A stretch of DNA of 64,000 nucleotides from a virus. How positions within the stretch are numbered: the first letter of the stretch is position 1; every line of letters begins with the position of its first letter. Under the pieces are notes generated by a model. That model had not been told where the DNA came from and did no database searches. It worked only from the letters and a program-made list of their open reading frames with translations. Location: IMG/VR virus record IMGVR_UViG_3300023174_000133, positions 1 through 64,000 of that record; one strand, 5' to 3'. The translations under genes were made by a program, and so were the position numbers. Shown here piece after piece: positions 58,636-64,000 of this stretch.

Positions 58636-58853
58636 CGTTCTACCTCATCATCGAAATACTCTCTGATTATACCATCACCGAACATAATTGATACAACGTA
58701 TATGGGTTCTCTTGAAACCCGTCCAGCGTCTCTCACACTTTTCAATTCGTGGTCATTCGCGTTAACTACGTTCCAAACAATTCCTGTATTAGGACAATTT
58801 AGATCGTCAAAATAATCGTGTTTGATGACTACAAGTTCACCGATGCTAAACAT
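58617..58853 (-). CDS. SH3-like hypothetical protein
   Basis: FSIGELV..GIV..MFGDG. Confidence 0.55.
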   Translation of the reverse strand: MFSIGELVVIKHDYFDDLNCPNTGIVWNVVNANDHELKSVRDAGRVSREPIYVVSIMFGDGIIREYFDDEVERCSTLT

Positions 58854-59025
58854 GGAAACGTCGCAAATTCGACAGTTTATACCAGCGACACTCGCCGTCG
58901 GGTGTCATAACTTTCCACATTCCATCTAAAAAAGTATCATGACGTAAAACAATACAAGTCGTCCCGTCGCTATCAGAAAATCCACCAGTATCGATCTTCG
59001 CCAAGTCTCCCGTTTTGATTGTCAT
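58846..59025 (-). CDS. SH3-like hypothetical protein (59 aa, not in track)
   Basis: GAGG ribosome-binding site; MTIKTGDLAKI..CIVL..WKVMTPDG..WY. Confidence 0.6.
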   Translation of the reverse strand: MTIKTGDLAKIDTGGFSDSDGTTCIVLRHDTFLDGMWKVMTPDGECRWYKLSNLRRFHV

Positions 59026-59055
59026 TTCTACCTCACAAGAACAATATAACCTGTA

Positions 59056-59400
59056 TCAAACATCTTTGACATAGCAATCTTTGCCTCTATACCAAGTTTT
59101 TCCAGTCCTAATTTTTTTATAGACCGGTTCTACGGCATACTCGCCCCACCCCTCGGTTACGATTCCGTTGGGTAGTAAGAGTTTCATTTCATATCCACTA
59201 TACTCAGGAATGTCTATCCACTCGAAATCGATAACGACACCACACGTATCGTAAGGAATCTGATTGTCGTGTTGATCTGTCCAGCATCCATTAGAATACG
59301 GACTTTCAGTTTTATAAAATTTCATAATGTCTCCAATAGAGACTTTTTTCGGGTTCTTTTTCACGCAGTTTCCCAAGGAATCAGCGTATTCCAGCCGCAT
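59056..59400 (-). CDS. SH3-like hypothetical protein
   Basis: VSIGDIM..GVVI..LLPNG. Confidence 0.5.
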   Translation of the reverse strand: MRLEYADSLGNCVKKNPKKVSIGDIMKFYKTESPYSNGCWTDQHDNQIPYDTCGVVIDFEWIDIPEYSGYEMKLLLPNGIVTEGWGEYAVEPVYKKIRTGKTWYRGKDCYVKDV

Positions 59401-59591
59401 ACAACGTACTCAATTTTTTCGCCTATTAAAACGACATAATACCACATGTTCGTATTTTTTATGTTCGAAGAAAAATCGTACTTATCTGTGTGTTCTGCGG
59501 GTATTAATGGTCCATCGAGTAATACATACGGGCCCATTTTAGAACCATGTTGGTCTATCATCCCAACTAATTCGCCTTGCTTAAGAGTCAT
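59361..59591 (-). CDS. SH3-like hypothetical protein
   Basis: LKQGELV..YYVVLIG. Confidence 0.5.
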   Translation of the reverse strand: MTLKQGELVGMIDQHGSKMGPYVLLDGPLIPAEHTDKYDFSSNIKNTNMWYYVVLIGEKIEYVVCGWNTLIPWETA

Positions 59592-59600
59592 ACAATCATT

Positions 59601-59822
59601 TTATTCTTCTGTAGACGTTTTTTCACGATTCAAGTAGTCGTAAAATTCGAAGGCCAACCAAGTGAAAGTAAACAATTCGATAGCAACAGGCCAGATCGCG
59701 AACCAGTAAAACGTTTCGTTTTTGTCCTTGTCTTCGCTAAAGTCTTCACTCGGGTAAGCCATCCGAAAGCGAGTGAAAAGATAGAACCAGGCGTAAAAAC
59801 AGAAAAGGTGAAACATCAGCAT
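59601..59822 (-). CDS. small membrane protein
   Basis: AGGAG ribosome-binding site; two hydrophobic segments, WP motif. Confidence 0.55.
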   Translation of the reverse strand: MLMFHLFCFYAWFYLFTRFRMAYPSEDFSEDKDKNETFYWFAIWPVAIELFTFTWLAFEFYDYLNREKTSTEE

Positions 59823-59981
59823 CTTTCGTTCTCCTACGCTTTATCTTTAAATAATATAACCCGTTGATCTTAAGCGTGACATGTCATTCTGCATTTATTT
59901 TTAAATAAATTTTGAAATTTAGTGAAGATTGCGAATATCTATATTTAATCGTAAGATAAACTAATAAAGGTAGAAATCAAA

Positions 59982-60359
59982 ATGAAAGATAAATGCTATT
60001 TTTATAGAGCCGTAGTATTGAAAGTCACAGACGGAGACACGATCATGGCCGACATAGACGTCGGATTCGGATTCAAAATGTCGAAGGCCCACGTCAGACT
60101 CGATGGAATAGATGCCGGCGAAGTGCACTCTAAAGACGAAGAAATAAAAAATAAAGGTCTGGCCGCAAAAGACTGGTTAGACAAGCAAATCATGGGTAAA
60201 GAAATCTACGTACAGTCAGGTGGATTCGACAAATATGGAAGAGTGTTAGCGAAAATCTACACGTTAGATGGATTGTGCTGTAACGAAGAGCTAATCAAAT
60301 CCGGACTTGCTTTAGCATATGACGGCGGCACGAAGCATCAGGAATTGCTCAAGGGATAA
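59982..60359 (+). CDS. thermonuclease (SNase) family nuclease
   Basis: VTDGDT, VRLDGIDAGE, DKYGRVLA, NEELIKSGLA. Confidence 0.9.
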   Translation: MKDKCYFYRAVVLKVTDGDTIMADIDVGFGFKMSKAHVRLDGIDAGEVHSKDEEIKNKGLAAKDWLDKQIMGKEIYVQSGGFDKYGRVLAKIYTLDGLCCNEELIKSGLALAYDGGTKHQELLKG

Positions 60360-60552
60360 ATTTTTTAAACTGGAATTCGGCCAGTGACCAAATTTGTCCG
60401 TCGGAACAGAGCACTCTCCATTCGTTACCACCGCTATCGTCATCGCGTATAGTCGTCATTTCCAGTAACAAACCGACCTGCTTTACACCTGGTGGCCTGG
60501 CGAGAGGAAATGCGAGTATAAGCTCTCCTGGTTTATAGATATCGTCACTCAT
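60349..60552 (-). CDS. SH3-like hypothetical protein
   Basis: YKPGELI..GLLL..WRVLCSDG. Confidence 0.55.
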   Translation of the reverse strand: MSDDIYKPGELILAFPLARPPGVKQVGLLLEMTTIRDDDSGGNEWRVLCSDGQIWSLAEFQFKKFIP

Positions 60553-60937
60553 TCAACTTGGCTAATAGATTCATGGGGACGGGAGACGTAAGACCATCTC
60601 CCCACATGACGATAGCCTCAGGAATGTATTCGTATTTAACAACCCACTCGCCTTTTTTCTTCGAAAAACGAACAGAAGATTCATGTCGTGCCCAGTGAGC
60701 GTCGATAACGATTCCCTGTTCGAAGTCTATTTCGAGTGATCCATTTTTGTATCGAAGTCTCGTAACCAAATCGCCAGGTGCAAGAGTCTTCTCATGCGTC
60801 TGGTGTGGTGGATATTCATCGATGGGAAGATATTCACGCGAAGTATCGAAACCATGGCGATTAAGGCTTTCATCAGCCATAGCCATTGATTTCGTTTTTC
60901 GTCGCCTAAGCTTGCTATCGATGTTTTTAGTAGTCAT
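60545..60937 (-). CDS. SH3-like hypothetical protein
   Basis: LAPGDLV..GIVI..VMWGDG. Confidence 0.55.
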   Translation of the reverse strand: MTTKNIDSKLRRRKTKSMAMADESLNRHGFDTSREYLPIDEYPPHQTHEKTLAPGDLVTRLRYKNGSLEIDFEQGIVIDAHWARHESSVRFSKKKGEWVVKYEYIPEAIVMWGDGLTSPVPMNLLAKLNE

Positions 60938-60943
60938 AAAAAC

Positions 60944-61285
60944 CTATAGCTTTGAGACCATCTCGGCAATTTTTTGAATGTTATTAGTTGCCATGGAATC
61001 CACAACAGCACCACTTCGCATCGTCATAATAAACGGTACAGCCTGGATATTGTGTTGCTGCGTGATTTCCATGTTCTTCTCGATATCCATCCAGAACGCT
61101 GTCACCTTATGTTCTTTCGCGATAGCTGGTATCTTCGGCTTTACCATCTTGCAAGGACCACACCATGAAGCAGTGAAAATAATTACACACTTTTCTGCGT
61201 TCAAAGTAAGATAGTCATAATCACTCGTAGTAAGTTCCTTAAAGTCGATGTCTTCCCACATTCGATTCTCCATACTATGCAACAA
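60944..61285 (-). CDS. trxA: thioredoxin
   Basis: FTASWCGPCK, AVP. Confidence 0.9.
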   Translation of the reverse strand: MLHSMENRMWEDIDFKELTTSDYDYLTLNAEKCVIIFTASWCGPCKMVKPKIPAIAKEHKVTAFWMDIEKNMEITQQHNIQAVPFIMTMRSGAVVDSMATNNIQKIAEMVSKL

Positions 61286-62225
61286 TTTTAACGTGTTGCT
61301 TTGAAATGTATTGAATTACTGCGAGTTCTTTCATTTTCGCCTCGATGTCGCAATCGAAAGACAGGCCATAGTCATTAACAGGTCCATCAACAAAATCAGA
61401 ATGCGCCTGCGGGATGACATCTTTGCCTTCACGAAGTGATGCAGATTCGCTGTAGTGCGTCAACTGCCGAACACCTGCAGGCCAAGTAGACGCTGCAAGT
61501 CGGAGTTCTTCTTCCTCGTTCATTCCTTCGCTCTTTCGAAATTTTGCATGGTGGAAATCGTGCACGATGGGAATTCCAACACGCTTGTGAATCATCTCAT
61601 AGAGGTCGAGAGTCGAAAAGAGAGATTCTTTGTCGTCGTTTTCAACGGTGAGTCGAGTCTTGACGCAGTCAGGAAGTCGTTCGAAATTTTTACAAAAGCG
61701 TTCAGCTGCAGACGTTCGATCACCATGGGCACCACCGGCGTGAATGTTAATCAATGCTTCCGGACTACGGGGAAGACCGATGTAATCCATGATTTTACCG
61801 TGGATAGTCAGGTCTTTGATACAATTGAGAACAACATGCTCGTGTGGCGAAGTAAGACAATTAAACTGGCCTGGATGGAACGTGAGACGCTGATTAGAAC
61901 GTTTCGCGATTTCACCAACTTCACGAAGCACCTCACTGATTTCTTGCCAATCTGGGAGCGACTCCATCTCGTATTCAGATGCCCACGGGAAGAGGTCTGA
62001 AGTCATGCGATATACTTCGAAACCGTTCTTCGCATTCCATTCCACAATCCCGCGAAGGATTTTTACATTTTCGAGCGAGAGCTTCGAAGCGTGCGGCAAG
62101 CCTTTCTCAAGCCAGGTGCGCTTGATCATAGACCGAAAGCCGCCCTGCTTTCCGAGGGTAACGTTAAGACACGCATAACCGAAACGAACGTGAGACAATC
62201 GAACCTCCTGTTCTACTAATAACAT
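61275..62225 (-). CDS. uvsE: UV-damage endonuclease UvsE/UVDE
   Basis: FGYAC, RMTSDLFPW, RLTFHPGQF, INIHAGG, ENDD, DFHH, HYS, AHSD, EAKMKE. Confidence 0.93.
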   Translation of the reverse strand: MLLVEQEVRLSHVRFGYACLNVTLGKQGGFRSMIKRTWLEKGLPHASKLSLENVKILRGIVEWNAKNGFEVYRMTSDLFPWASEYEMESLPDWQEISEVLREVGEIAKRSNQRLTFHPGQFNCLTSPHEHVVLNCIKDLTIHGKIMDYIGLPRSPEALINIHAGGAHGDRTSAAERFCKNFERLPDCVKTRLTVENDDKESLFSTLDLYEMIHKRVGIPIVHDFHHAKFRKSEGMNEEEELRLAASTWPAGVRQLTHYSESASLREGKDVIPQAHSDFVDGPVNDYGLSFDCDIEAKMKELAVIQYISKQHVKIVA

Positions 62226-62448
62226 GTTTTACGATAAAAGGGAAACGCTATTCGCAATCTTTTTCAATTTCTTTTTCTAATCGTCGAAGAAGAATAAGAC
62301 AAAAAACACCAAAAATAGTGCAAAAAGATACAAAAGAAAATGCTCCCTCTCGGGTAAACAAGACCCACAATAATAAGTTAGTTAGCAACGTTATTATCGA
62401 ATAGAGCAAGGGATTCCACCCCCTATTCGATACATAGTATGTGAGAGG

Positions 62449-62700
62449 GTGAAAATGAGCGTCGCAAACGAAATAGAGAAAGCACCACTTCAATCGAAGA
62501 AGTTTATAGCCTATGTCTTGTCAAATATGACTTTGAAAGCTCTCATTTTCTATATGACATATAAAAATGAAGGAGATATAGTCATTATGACAAGTCTCAC
62601 AGCTTCAACATTTTTAGATATAGGCTACATTCTTGGGCAGGCCGCGCTGGATCGATATGTTAGAGTAGCATCGATATCAAGGCCAAAACCCAAGCCTTAG
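62449..62700 (+). CDS. small two-transmembrane protein, holin candidate
   Basis: LQSKKFIAY, YILGQAALD; converges on the lysin gene. Confidence 0.5.
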   Translation: MKMSVANEIEKAPLQSKKFIAYVLSNMTLKALIFYMTYKNEGDIVIMTSLTASTFLDIGYILGQAALDRYVRVASISRPKPKP

Positions 62701-63404
62701 ATTTTGGGAATTGTTACACCACGAACTTTAAGTGGCGCTTTCAAATCCCAATTATCTGATTTTGCCAATTCCTCGAGCGCATCCATCCTATATACGGTCT
62801 TCTGCACAAGGGGATTCGAATTGGATAGTAACCAGTCGCGACGTGCCTTGATATATGCATGCACCCAAGCCTTCTCGTTCCCGCCCTTCGAAGGCGACGC
62901 TTCTGGGAACTTCGCACGAATGTTTGCGACCCCAGCAGGACCAGAATGGATACAAGTGTCGTATATAACAAGGTGGCCGAGCGCCGTCGTTAGACCAGCA
63001 TTTTGGGCATGACCCACAGCAGGAATCCAATAACCGGCGTCGAATACTTCGTCCTGCGCTTCTCGCATTAGCGGGTCTGCACCAGCCTGTTTTAAAACAT
63101 CGATAAGGTTTGTAGCCCAGACGGGTTGCTTTTTCGGATCTAACTTCGCAGTCTCGTTCGCAGCCAAACGAGCGAGGAACGGTTTCAATTGCTCTGCAAA
63201 AATACCACCCTTTTCGATGTATAGTTGAACGATTTTATCAAGAGATCCAGCACGATCGGTAGCCTGGTGTTTGCCGTATGAAATGCCAGCGCCATCGGTC
63301 AAAATTGTACAAGTCGAATAAGACGCAGCAGATGGAATCTTGCCAGTCTCGAAAATAGAAAGTACACAATCAACAACGTATTTTTGTTCTTTAGTAATAG
63401 ACAA
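62697..63404 (-). CDS. GH46 chitosanase-like lysozyme-fold protein (probable endolysin)
   Basis: SIFETG...DGAGISYG, ADPLMREAQD, YDTCIHSG, EKAW...YI.AR. Confidence 0.7.
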   Translation of the reverse strand: MSITKEQKYVVDCVLSIFETGKIPSAASYSTCTILTDGAGISYGKHQATDRAGSLDKIVQLYIEKGGIFAEQLKPFLARLAANETAKLDPKKQPVWATNLIDVLKQAGADPLMREAQDEVFDAGYWIPAVGHAQNAGLTTALGHLVIYDTCIHSGPAGVANIRAKFPEASPSKGGNEKAWVHAYIKARRDWLLSNSNPLVQKTVYRMDALEELAKSDNWDLKAPLKVRGVTIPKI

Positions 63405-63443
63405 TTGATTCTCCAGATTATATTCTACAAACGAAAGATTAAT

Positions 63444-63758
63444 TTACACGAACCAAGCGACGTCAATTTTATACATTTCTAATTTATCGATTTGTTCCTG
63501 TTCAAAAATATCGCAATCTCGAGATTCTATTACTTCATCTATGTCGGCATCGAATATGATTAAATCTACACCAGCGTCTGTATATAAAACAGCAGAACCA
63601 GTTTCGAGTTTTTTAACTAATTTCGCATCGCCATCTGGATATTCGACGGCCCAAGACGGAGGTTGCACTAACACGTACGGTTTATTGTCTACCATGATGA
63701 CTACACGATCATTGTTCTGAATCAATAAATGGGCTCTACTACTATCATCCTGGGGCAT
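63444..63758 (-). CDS. hypothetical protein
   Basis: ORF with ATAGTTA upstream. Confidence 0.55.
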   Translation of the reverse strand: MPQDDSSRAHLLIQNNDRVVIMVDNKPYVLVQPPSWAVEYPDGDAKLVKKLETGSAVLYTDAGVDLIIFDADIDEVIESRDCDIFEQEQIDKLEMYKIDVAWFV

Positions 63759-63818
63759 AATAAAACTCTCGCTTTCATATTTCTAACTATCATTTAAAAA
63801 GATATAATCTTTATTATT

Positions 63819-64000
63819 TTACGAAGCGAGTGTAGTTCTAGACACCAATGTAAAATTCTTCGAATCGTACCAACGAGCCTCAGACGAGCTCGAAGAAAAA
63901 AATCTAACGAATAAATCCTCAGTACCCGTGATCGTAGCAACTCGTCTGTCCAAAACTATTCCGTAATCCTTCTCTTCGCGGCGCCAAGAGACGAGGTCCC
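63819..64000 (-). CDS. SH3-like hypothetical protein (partial, 5' end outside the window)
   Basis: Manual translation GDLVSWRREEKDYGIVL..VRFF..RWY. Confidence 0.5.
   Translation of the reverse strand, partial: DLVSWRREEKDYGIVLDRRVATITGTEDLFVRFFSSSSSEARWYDSKNFTLVSRTTLAS

Noticed and set aside
1-64000. Stop-codon reassignment
   Set aside because: Conserved genes are full length in code 11, all three stops terminate genes, and no suppressor tRNA was found

Overview
64 kb slice of a large (probably jumbo, T4-like/myovirus-type) bacteriophage genome, read in standard code 11 and mostly on the minus strand. Left end (1-9.8 kb): tail-fibre/spike genes with collagen and beta-helix repeats that share modules. 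9.8-27 kb: host-takeover and auxiliary genes (PIN-PhoH, stand-alone sigma70 region-4 protein, Hc1-like protein, YkuK RNase H-like protein, degenerate GroEL-like protein, a complete yeaH-spoVR-prkA triad, NUDIX, cupin, cytidylyltransferase, DinG-like helicase, Hsp20, protease, deaminase, cysteine synthase). 24-39 kb: 13 tRNA genes, a GIY-YIG homing endonuclease, and TilS next to a tRNA(CAT). 49-63 kb: DNA ligase, UDP-glucuronate decarboxylase, two-subunit T4-type topoisomerase II, thermonuclease, thioredoxin, UvsE and a GH46-like lysin. Main unexplained patterns: (1) a terminal peptide tag (ESxLRxIIREE..LxE) on about ten unrelated proteins, consistent with a capsid-packaging/propeptide system; (2) two tandem cassettes with near-identical regulatory flanks around unrelated tagged cargo; (3) two recurring promoter-like motifs; (4) a structured non-coding segment of about 230 nt between tRNA(CAT) and tilS; (5) a large family of small SH3/KOW-like ORFs. 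All product calls come from motif recognition by eye; no database search was run.
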